NCBI RefSeq assembly: GCF_003367075.2
Contig: NZ_CP065936.1
Coordinates: 930,001-962,000 of the forward strand
Source: Cylindrospermopsis raciborskii Cr2010
Lineage (GTDB): Bacteria; Cyanobacteriota; Cyanobacteriia; Cyanobacteriales; Nostocaceae
DNA: 32,000 bases
Reading direction: 5' to 3'
Position 1 is the first letter of the stretch; each line of letters starts with the position of its first letter. Below are positions 1 to 7,750 of the stretch, piece after piece. A model generated the notes under the pieces. The model had not been told where the DNA came from and ran no database searches. It was given only the letters and a program-made list of their open reading frames with translations. A program made the position numbers and the translations under genes.

Positions 1-110
1 TTTATTCCGACTCTTTGGGTGCAAGGGGAAGTGATGCGGATACTTATATCAAAATGATGACAGTTAATACCAAAACTATTGTGATCGGTCTAACCGAAAC
101 GGTAAAATAA
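1..110 (+). CDS. C-terminal fragment of a protein cut by the window edge, possibly a zinc/manganese ABC transporter substrate-binding protein (ZnuA-like)
   Basis: Frame 3 reads YSDSLGARGSDADTYIKMMTVNTKTIVIGLTETVK then TAA at 108-110. The 'YSDSLG...DTYIxMMxxNxxTIVxGL' pattern resembles the C-terminus of metal-binding SBPs. Only 35 aa are visible. Confidence 0.45.
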   Translation, partial: YSDSLGARGSDADTYIKMMTVNTKTIVIGLTETVK

Positions 111-398
111 AGAACATGATTGACAAAAGTCCGAGAATCTAATATTATTGTTTGCGGATTTCCCATGTTATAATTCTGGTGATGCTTTAATTGGTAAGGC
201 GTTAACAAAAAAATTTTTTTGCTCTGTACCGGATAAATCCAAAAACGGTTGAATGATTAACTAAAATCACACCGCGTCAAATACAGTACCAAATACAAAT
301 TATCAAAAAAGGTTTTGTTATATGTAGGCTCTTCTAAGGAGATGACGGCAGATATTTTGCAGTGTAAGTGGGTGAGTGGAATTAAATATAAGATCAAC

Positions 399-459
399 GT
401 AGGTTAGGTTGAAGTATGAAACCCAACACCCGCATGGGTCTCGTTCCTCCCTACTTAAC
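399..459. repeat. Imperfect palindromic intergenic repeat, candidate dispersed cyanobacterial MITE-like element
   Basis: gtaggttaggttgaagtatgaaacccaacacccgcatgggtctcgttcctccctacttaac. gttaggtt pairs with aacccaac (one mismatch), and the outer gtagg.../...cctac ends are partly complementary. Confidence 0.45.
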
Positions 460-650
460 TAGGAATGGAGCAGTGATTTATGAGTTTTCTTTAAAGGAGA
501 CCAACATAAAGCATTACCAATTCATTGGCTTTTTTGTATTGAAGAGAATGGAATTTACCATTTTGACTATGGATGATAGTAATATCAACTTAGATTAGGA
601 TAGGTTTTATTCTTCCTGGTGACCAAGGTTAAACGTTTGAATTTTTTTAA

Positions 651-1775
651 GTGTGGAGTGAAGGAAAAATTTCTGTGGACGCAAAATTATCTCCCAACCA
701 AGGATTGAGTATTTCCGGGATCGGGTTAGCATCGGTTTTAGCAGCAGCTATGACTTGTGCCACCCTAGTTGTAGATGGTCTAGGAAATAGGGCTTTTTGG
801 CAATCCAACTCTTTAACCATGCCATTTTTACTGAGTGCTTTGGGTAGTGCAGTAGCTGGTTTATGGTTTGTGCCACTGTTGCAAGCGTTAAAAACTGGGC
901 AAATTATTCGAGAAGATGGACCCAAGGCCCATTTAAAGAAGGCGGGTACTCCCACCATGGGTGGTGTATTTTTCATACCCGTGGCCCTGCTAGTAGCTTG
1001 TGTGCTTTCCAATTTTGCTAAAGATGTATTGGCTGTTTCCGCTTTAACACTTGCTTACGGAACCATAGGTTGGATAGACGATTGGCAAATCCTGCTGAGG
1101 AAATCCAACAAGGGTATATCCCCCAAAACAAAATTGATTTTACAAATTGTTTTTGCCATTGGTTTTTGTGTGTGGATGATTTTAAGGGGAGACTTTAGTA
1201 TAACAAATATAGTTTTGCCCTGGGTGGGTTTTTCTTTACCTTTAGGATTCATGTTTTGGCCCTTAGCTACCTTTGTGCTAGTCGCGGAAAGCAATGCTAC
1301 TAATTTGACTGATGGAGTTGATGGGTTAGCTGGGGGAACAGTGGCGATCGCCATTTTGGGTTTAGGAGCGTTGATTGCTCCCACCGCACCCAGTTTAATG
1401 ATCTTCTGTGCAGCGGTGAGTGGTAGTTGTCTGGGATTTTTAGCTCATAATCGCAATCCCGCTCGAGTTTTCATGGGTGACACTGGTTCCCTCGCTTTAG
1501 GCGGTGCTTTAGGTGCAGTGGCCCTTTTAACTAATAATTTGGTAGGACTGTTTATTTTAAGTGGAATATTTTTTGTAGAAACTCTATCTGTAATGGCACA
1601 GGTGAGTTACTACAAAGCAACTAAGGGACCGGATGGCAAGGGCAAGCGATTATTCAAGATGGCTCCTTTACACCATCATCTGGAATTATCTGGTTGGTCT
1701 GAATTGCAGGTGGTGGGCGTGTTTTATATGATTGGTGCGGTTTTGGCCAGTATGTGTCTAGCCTTAATCAAGTGA
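651..1775 (+). CDS. mraY: Phospho-N-acetylmuramoyl-pentapeptide-transferase
   Basis: 374 aa multi-TM protein with MraY motifs KKAGTPTMGG, NLTDGVDGLAG, FMGDTGSLALGG and APLHHHLELSGWSE. Confidence 0.97.
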   Translation: MWSEGKISVDAKLSPNQGLSISGIGLASVLAAAMTCATLVVDGLGNRAFWQSNSLTMPFLLSALGSAVAGLWFVPLLQALKTGQIIREDGPKAHLKKAGTPTMGGVFFIPVALLVACVLSNFAKDVLAVSALTLAYGTIGWIDDWQILLRKSNKGISPKTKLILQIVFAIGFCVWMILRGDFSITNIVLPWVGFSLPLGFMFWPLATFVLVAESNATNLTDGVDGLAGGTVAIAILGLGALIAPTAPSLMIFCAAVSGSCLGFLAHNRNPARVFMGDTGSLALGGALGAVALLTNNLVGLFILSGIFFVETLSVMAQVSYYKATKGPDGKGKRLFKMAPLHHHLELSGWSELQVVGVFYMIGAVLASMCLALIK

Positions 1776-1804
1776 TTTTTCTAACACCTGCCTAAACATT
1801 CAAA

Positions 1805-1836
1805 ATGCCACCCATTTCCTAGGGTGGTTTTTTTGG
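1805..1836 (+). terminator. Rho-independent terminator downstream of mraY
   Basis: ccaccc-atttccta-gggtgg followed by a T7 run. Confidence 0.75.
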
Positions 1837-1873
1837 TAAGCAAACGGATTGATATGGAATAATAAATATAAGT

Positions 1874-2320
1874 ATGGACACAATAGAGGACAATGTGATG
1901 GTGGAAGAAACAAACCAAAAACCCGTAGCTAAAAAAGAAAAACCCCCAGCAGTGGAAGATAAGCCATTTGAGGAGTTTATGCAAGAACACTACTTACCTG
2001 CTTTACAAAAAGCGATCGCCCAGGAAGGTATTTCTGACGTAAAATTGACCTTTGCCAAGCAGAAATATGCCATTGTTGGTTTTGATTCTTCCCAGGAGTG
2101 TTGGCAAATCATTGGTTCTTGGCAAAACGGGTCTAAACAGTTTAATGTTTACTTTCCCGACCAAGACATTCAAGGTAAAAAGGGGTTTTCCTGTCATGAA
2201 GGGAAAAAACCCAGCACGCTGGAGTCCTTCTTAATAGACGAGCGTAAGATCACCCTTGACTTGCTGGTATCCCGTCTAGTTTACCGTCTCAACGGTCAAA
2301 AATGGCTAGGTAGGAACTAG
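1874..2320 (+). CDS. Conserved cyanobacterial protein, DUF2996-like
   Basis: 148 aa intact ORF with a charged, proline-rich N-terminus and a conserved-looking soluble domain (EEFMQEHYLPALQKAIAQEGISDVKLTF). Confidence 0.7.
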   Translation: MDTIEDNVMVEETNQKPVAKKEKPPAVEDKPFEEFMQEHYLPALQKAIAQEGISDVKLTFAKQKYAIVGFDSSQECWQIIGSWQNGSKQFNVYFPDQDIQGKKGFSCHEGKKPSTLESFLIDERKITLDLLVSRLVYRLNGQKWLGRN

Positions 2321-2341
2321 TTCCCACTCTAATTATAATTA

Positions 2342-2375
2342 TAGAGACGTTGCAGTTGAATACCCAACGTCTCTA
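2342..2375. terminator. Hairpin between convergent genes, probable bidirectional terminator
   Basis: tagagacgttg (2342-2352) and caacgtctcta (2365-2375) form an 11-bp perfect stem with a 12-nt loop, between the stop codons of the + and - genes. No long T tract. Confidence 0.5.
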
Positions 2376-2387
2376 AACTATTAAGAA

Positions 2388-3659
2388 CTAAACTGTGAGA
2401 GATTGGGGATCGGTTTCAATCAACTTTGCCAAATCCTGGAGGAAAGCAGCTGCATGGGCACCGTAAATAATTCGGTGGTCACAGGTAATATTCACCTTCA
2501 TTTGTTGTCTGAGAGCAAATGAACCATCTCCAGTAGCTACAACTTGGGAACGCCCAGCTCCAACTGCTAAAATGGCACCTTGTCCCGGTGGCAAAATCGC
2601 ATCAAAGGTATCCACACCGAACATACCCAAATTAGAGATAGTAAATGTACCCGTGCTGTACTCCTCGGGTTGCAGTTGTTTAGCTCTAGCTCTATCTACT
2701 AAAGATTTCCAGTTCCGCGACAGGGAGTAAATATCTATTTGATCCGCATTCTGTAAAACCGGGGTAATTAAACCACCATCATCCATGGCCACAGCTACAG
2801 AAACATTAATCTGGGGGTGATGGACAATTCCTTGTTCTGAATAACTGGCATTAAGTAAAGGATGTTTTTGTAAGGTAACTGCTACAGCTTTAGCTAAAAG
2901 GGCTGTCATGGTTACGCCCTTGGATTTGATTTGCTTGTACAGCTTATCTAGACCATCAGTGGTAATGGTATAGCCAACATGAAATGTAGGTACAGATAGG
3001 CTGGACATCATGTTACGTACCACGGCATTCTGTAAAGTAGTTAATGGTACTACTTGACCAGAATTAACCACGGATGGTACTGATTTTGTTGGTATAGCTG
3101 GTGGGGTAGATGGAATAGTAGGAATGGTACTGATAACAGGGCTAGTGGGTTGTTTGCCCACAGCAGCTTCTATGTCTCCCGCAATGATTCGACCATAAGG
3201 ACCACTACCTTGGAGATTATTTAAATCAACCTTGAGTTCCTTAGCCAGCTTACGAGCGCGAGGAGAAACCACTAACCTACCCTGTTGATGATTTGACCCG
3301 TTTTGGGAAACTGTTATAGGTACTGGAACCACAGAGGCACTTACCGGTGCTACTGGGGAAGTGGGTGTCACCGCACTAGCTCCACCTCCAAGAATCTTAG
3401 CACTGGTAATTTCTTCTTGGGTTTCGGCCACATAAGCGATCGCTGCGCCAACGGGAGCAGTTTCACCAGCTTGAACGAGAATATGGGCTAGAAATCCTTC
3501 ATAAAAAGACTCTACATCCATATCAGCCTTATCTGACTCAACAACCACCACTGTTTCACCTTTTTCCACTTTATCTCCTGGTGATTTGACCCAAGAGACT
3601 ATTTTTCCTTCCGTCATGGTGGAACTTAGGGCTGGCATAAATACTTCATGAATGCTCAT
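2388..3659 (-). CDS. pdhC: Dihydrolipoamide acetyltransferase, E2 component of pyruvate dehydrogenase
   Basis: Lipoyl domain (VVESDKADMDVESF), peripheral subunit-binding domain (VSPRARKLAKELKVDLNNLQGSGPYGRI) and catalytic domain (TCDHRIIYGAHAAAFL). The track ORF extends to 3755, but MSIHEVFMPALSSTM at 3659 is the likely true start. Confidence 0.93.
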   Translation of the reverse strand: MSIHEVFMPALSSTMTEGKIVSWVKSPGDKVEKGETVVVVESDKADMDVESFYEGFLAHILVQAGETAPVGAAIAYVAETQEEITSAKILGGGASAVTPTSPVAPVSASVVPVPITVSQNGSNHQQGRLVVSPRARKLAKELKVDLNNLQGSGPYGRIIAGDIEAAVGKQPTSPVISTIPTIPSTPPAIPTKSVPSVVNSGQVVPLTTLQNAVVRNMMSSLSVPTFHVGYTITTDGLDKLYKQIKSKGVTMTALLAKAVAVTLQKHPLLNASYSEQGIVHHPQINVSVAVAMDDGGLITPVLQNADQIDIYSLSRNWKSLVDRARAKQLQPEEYSTGTFTISNLGMFGVDTFDAILPPGQGAILAVGAGRSQVVATGDGSFALRQQMKVNITCDHRIIYGAHAAAFLQDLAKLIETDPQSLTV

Positions 3660-3943
3660 AATGGTGGCTTTAGAATCAATTTGGTAATTTTTTGAGTGGA
3701 ATTTAACGTATGTTCCCAAATCAAATTGTAGCTCACCAAGGGAATTTTTCGCCAAACATTTAGGTCAGGGTGGAACTTAACTGGGACTTAACGGGAACTT
3801 AAACTTGGTGTGAAATATCCATATAGTAAATTGTATGGTGCAATGGGTGGTTCAATAATGGGAGATCCTAATTGACTTATAGTCGTGTTGGGCCACCCAC
3901 TCTGATACAAGTTACTGTCTTCCGCTTTCTCACACACACAACC

Positions 3944-4468
3944 ATGTTAGCAAGACTCAAGTTTTTTTTAATTTTTGCCCTAGGTACTTTCATTAGTACT
4001 GCTGGACTTTATTGGATTCAGCATCAACCTTCTATAAGGTTGACCCTATCCGCCCATGGACAGCCACAAATAATCCCTAAGCAAATAAATCCCGATGAAG
4101 CACGAATAAACTTGGAACGTTCTGATTACCACATAATTCCTTTAGAAACAGTAAATTCTCTTTTGATAGGAAGTGACCCTGCTACTATAGCTTTAAATAT
4201 GATTGATGAAGGTAAAGAGTCTCATAAAAAAATACAAGTGCAGGTAGTGTATCCCCAACCTAATCAGGCCTTGGTTACAATTATCAAACCCTCACCAGCT
4301 AAAAATAGCGTGGTCAACACCACTAAATATCGTGTTGAAATGAGTCGCTTTGGGCGATCGCTGTTAGTAAATTCACCACAAGTATGGGAGGTGATCTGGG
4401 CTGGATCCCAAAGAGATTGTTTTTCTCAGGATCTAACCCAGGATGATCTTAGTCAGGACTGTGATTAG
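3944..4468 (+). CDS. Hypothetical protein with an N-terminal membrane anchor
   Basis: Intact ORF (track start 3872). The internal Met at 3944 (MLARLKFFLIFALGTFISTAGLYW) gives a plausible signal anchor. Confidence 0.6.
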   Translation: MLARLKFFLIFALGTFISTAGLYWIQHQPSIRLTLSAHGQPQIIPKQINPDEARINLERSDYHIIPLETVNSLLIGSDPATIALNMIDEGKESHKKIQVQVVYPQPNQALVTIIKPSPAKNSVVNTTKYRVEMSRFGRSLLVNSPQVWEVIWAGSQRDCFSQDLTQDDLSQDCD

Positions 4469-4914
4469 ACTTCACCACGAATCTCTTCAATCACACCATC
4501 ACGAAGAACGATTTCAACCTGCATTTTACTAATCAGATTATCACCAGTTTTCACCTGGAAAAAACTTTCCATTTGAAACTGATTGACCTCCTGCTCCAAA
4601 TCCAAATACTGTACTTGCTGAAGGTTTTGCAATAATTGGTTCTTCTGTTCCAACAACTCGCTTTTCTTCTGGTTAATTTGTAGTTGAACATTGTCGATTT
4701 GTTGTAGAGTTTGGGGACCGGGGGGTTGCAGACTCTGTTTTTGAATAACACTAATTGTTCTTTGTCCTTCCATGTCAAGTTGTTGCAACTGCTGATCTGT
4801 TTGGTTGATCTGTTCTTGCAATTGTTGTTGTACTTCCTCTTTCCATAGTGGAGTTACAATCACCTTCACGTTAACAACACGTTTGAGCATTAATTCCAGA
4901 TTCGATAGTTCCAT
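4465..4914 (-). CDS. YlqD-like coiled-coil protein
   Basis: 149 aa, starts MELSNLELMLKRVVNVKVIVTPLWKEEVQQQLQEQINQTDQQL with long coiled-coil heptads. Matches my recollection of cyanobacterial YlqD-family proteins. Confidence 0.65.
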   Translation of the reverse strand: MELSNLELMLKRVVNVKVIVTPLWKEEVQQQLQEQINQTDQQLQQLDMEGQRTISVIQKQSLQPPGPQTLQQIDNVQLQINQKKSELLEQKNQLLQNLQQVQYLDLEQEVNQFQMESFFQVKTGDNLISKMQVEIVLRDGVIEEIRGEV

Positions 4915-4963
4915 AAAGATTATAGGTTTACCCTAACTAGTTTGTAATTGTTTTTAATTAGAC

Positions 4964-6991
4964 CTACTTGACAAACATGCTGTCAATAGTATCACCATAC
5001 TTTTGTGCCACAACATGACGACGAATTTTCATGGTTTGGGTCATCATGCCATTTTCCATGGAAAAGGGTTCCGGGATTAGCTTAAAGGGCCCAATGCGGT
5101 CATCAACCCTATAACCTGGACGATTTTGCACCTCCCTATTTAATTCCTTCCGATATAAATCCTGAATTATTTTGTTCTCTAAGTCAATTTTTTGACCGAT
5201 TTTTTGATCTTCATTTTCCGTGGAATCATCCTGAGTAGGTAAATTGATATTCTCAACTTCCGCCCATTTTTCCAAAGCATCCAGGTTAGGAACTATTAAA
5301 GCACCAAGACTGCGCTGATCTTGTCCTACCAGCATAATTTGGTCAATATAGGGCGATCGCAAGCAAGCATCTTCTATAGGTTGGGGTTCAATATTTTCAC
5401 CATTGCTTAATACAATAGTATCCTTAGCTCTACCAGTTAGCACCAAGTCATTTTCAGGTGTTACCCAACCTAAATCACCGCTATTAAACCAACCATCATT
5501 GTCAATAACCTGTCTTGTAGCTTCCAAATTCTGATAATAGCCCTCCATCACCTGGGGACCTTTAAGTAGAACTAAGCCAATTTTCCCTGGAGATAGAGGG
5601 TCTTTTGTTTCTTGGTGAACTATCTTCACCTGAGTTCCTGCTATTGGTTGTCCCGAGGATCCGCGTAAATTTCTCCAGATACGACGAGCATTAGTGACCG
5701 GTGAAGTTTCCGTCAATCCATAACCCTGTAAAATCTCCACCCCGATAATTTCAAAGAAGTTGTCTATATGTCTAGGCAGTGCCCCACCTCCACTAATCAC
5801 CTGCTTGATTTTTCCTCCTGTAGCTTCTCGCACTTTAGCATAAACTAACTTTTCTCCCAATATTTGTAATGGTGATAAGACTAATTGCTTAATTTTTGCT
5901 GCCCATCTTATCCATTCTGAAGCACCAATATGCTCTAAACTTAATCCCTGGGCAACACGTCGAGCGAAAATATATTCTTGACCCATTTTCAGCAAGAATT
6001 GAATTAGTTTTTGTTTTTTCACTGGTTGGCTACGGAACTGCTTTTGCACCCCTTCATAAATTGACTCCCACAGTCTGGGCACGGCAATCATAAAGTTAGG
6101 TCTAAACCTTTTTAGGTCTTCTTTAATCATTCTCAAATTTGTATATATTTGTGTACAACCTTGAGAAAGTAAAAAATATTCGCCACTGCGCTCATAACTG
6201 TGCCAGGTTGGTAAAATGCTTAAAGCCACATCACCAGGTTGGGGTTGAACTATAGTTCCCAGGGTTTGAACCTGATGTAATAAGTTGTTATGGGAAAGCA
6301 TAACACCCTTGGGTTTACCCGTAGTTCCGGAAGTGTAAATCAAGGTTGCTAAAACATGACCAGCAATTGTGACAGGAGTCAAAGTATGATCATTAGCCAG
6401 ATTTAACAGCTGAGTAAAATTCATCACCGAATAGGTTTCTATAATAGGCAAGGTATTCCACTCAGGCATATCCGTTTCATCAGAAAGTAAAATGACCAGC
6501 TTAATTGGTAGCTCAGCCAAATCAGGTTCTAGCTTATTTAACGTTTTAACATCTTCAACTACCACAACCGTACTACCACTGTGGGAGATAATGTATAGTA
6601 ATTCATTCTTTTCAGCTTGGGAGCTACGAACTGCATTCACTGCTCCAGCAGTCATAATACCTTGGTCTGCAATAAACCAACGGGGACTATTATCTGCTAT
6701 GAGAGCAATGCGTGGGGGGTGGGGATCATCATCATTTTTGTTTACCCCCAAGACCTGTAAACCTATGGCAAAACGCTGGATTTGATCCCACAATTGGGAG
6801 TAGGTGATTTTGACCTCTGGTTTGCTATGGGGGTTATATAGAGCAGTGATATCGCGAAAATGTTGAGCTGCTAATGGCCATATTTCTGGTAAGGAATGGA
6901 TACCAGAATAACTAGTCAAATCTTGTATTGCCTTTTTTTCTCGATCTGTAAAGGTAGATAAAAAAGGAGGCTGAAGTTGCATAATTGACAA
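4964..6991 (-). CDS. Long-chain acyl-CoA / acyl-ACP synthetase (AMP-dependent)
   Basis: LIYTSGTTGKPKGVMLSH, LQGYGLTETSPV, WFNSGDLGWVTPENDLVLTGRAKDTIVLSNGENIEPQPIE. Confidence 0.93.
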   Translation of the reverse strand: MSIMQLQPPFLSTFTDREKKAIQDLTSYSGIHSLPEIWPLAAQHFRDITALYNPHSKPEVKITYSQLWDQIQRFAIGLQVLGVNKNDDDPHPPRIALIADNSPRWFIADQGIMTAGAVNAVRSSQAEKNELLYIISHSGSTVVVVEDVKTLNKLEPDLAELPIKLVILLSDETDMPEWNTLPIIETYSVMNFTQLLNLANDHTLTPVTIAGHVLATLIYTSGTTGKPKGVMLSHNNLLHQVQTLGTIVQPQPGDVALSILPTWHSYERSGEYFLLSQGCTQIYTNLRMIKEDLKRFRPNFMIAVPRLWESIYEGVQKQFRSQPVKKQKLIQFLLKMGQEYIFARRVAQGLSLEHIGASEWIRWAAKIKQLVLSPLQILGEKLVYAKVREATGGKIKQVISGGGALPRHIDNFFEIIGVEILQGYGLTETSPVTNARRIWRNLRGSSGQPIAGTQVKIVHQETKDPLSPGKIGLVLLKGPQVMEGYYQNLEATRQVIDNDGWFNSGDLGWVTPENDLVLTGRAKDTIVLSNGENIEPQPIEDACLRSPYIDQIMLVGQDQRSLGALIVPNLDALEKWAEVENINLPTQDDSTENEDQKIGQKIDLENKIIQDLYRKELNREVQNRPGYRVDDRIGPFKLIPEPFSMENGMMTQTMKIRRHVVAQKYGDTIDSMFVK

Positions 6992-7067
6992 ATGGTATAC
7001 AGAAATAGTTTATGATGGCATATTATATAATAGTGGGGTAGTGGTTTTTGGGTGGAAATCTAAACTA

Positions 7068-7344
7068 ATGAAGGAGGTGATTAATAATAGTTATAATTGG
7101 GGGGCTATTAGCCAGTATTGTTAGTGCTGTTATTTGCTTGATTTTACCCAAATTTTTATCTTTGTTCTCATCTGGAAAAAATAATCATCTTGAGAGGGAT
7201 AGAAACCACAGTGGAATCACGAGTTTTCCTTATTGTACAGTTTATAAATTAACAGGTAGTCAATGGTGCAAGTTTAGTCCCCAGTTTTGTGAGCGATGTT
7301 CTTCTTACCGGGAACATGAGAAACTGAAAAATTCATGGAAGTAG
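7068..7344 (+). pseudogene. Small membrane protein gene, apparently split by a single-base frame problem at a G6 tract
   Basis: ATG at 7068 reads MKEVINNSYNWG, then goes off-frame at GGGGGG (7099-7104). Dropping one G gives MKEVINNSYNWGLLASIVSAVICLILPKFLSLFSSGKNNHLERDRNHSGITSFPYCTVYKLTGSQWCKFSPQFCERCSSYREHEKLKNSWK*. The track lists only the TTG-started 7138-7344 part. Confidence 0.4.
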
Positions 7345-7542
7345 TGACACAAAAACTCGTAAATCCTTCAATTAGGGACATTCCAACCTACATAGCTCAA
7401 ATCATTTAATTTACTTATAGGTCATAAAAGAAATTTAAAACTAAATGGTTGGTCTAATCTTAGAATTATGGTTGATGATTAAATAATGTCTAAATTTTAG
7501 GCAAATCGAGGCAATAAAGACCAAATTAAGGGGGAATCATCT

Positions 7543-7725
7543 ATGAGTCTAATGGATGTCGTCACTTTTACGTTATTCAACGCAGTTGCTTGCATGGTTT
7601 TGCCTAAACTGATCTCAATTGTGTTTCCCATTCATAAGAACAGAATAGAGAGCAAACCAAAACCCCCAAATCCCATACTGCAAGGGAAGCAGTACAAGAG
7701 ATGGCTTTTCCTACTCCAACAGTAG
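7543..7725 (+). CDS. Small (60 aa) putative membrane protein similar to the preceding small ORF
   Basis: ATG preceded by aaggggg; TM-like VVTFTLFNAVACMVLPKLISIVF. Shares the AVxCxxLPKxxSxxxxxxKN spacing with the 7068-7344 product. Confidence 0.5.
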   Translation: MSLMDVVTFTLFNAVACMVLPKLISIVFPIHKNRIESKPKPPNPILQGKQYKRWLFLLQQ

Positions 7726-7750
7726 TTTTTAAAAACTGTGGCTTAAAACC

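Noticed and set aside
416-598. 60-aa ORF MKPNTRMGLVPPYLTRNG...
   Set aside because: Starts within the imperfect palindromic repeat at 399-459. No convincing conserved content; likely spurious.
647-1384. Minus-strand ORFs 647-1012 and 1055-1384
   Set aside because: Both are antisense to the well-supported mraY, so shadow ORFs.
5896-6785. Plus-strand ORFs 5896-6093 and 6492-6785
   Set aside because: Antisense to the acyl-CoA synthetase coding sequence; no independent evidence.
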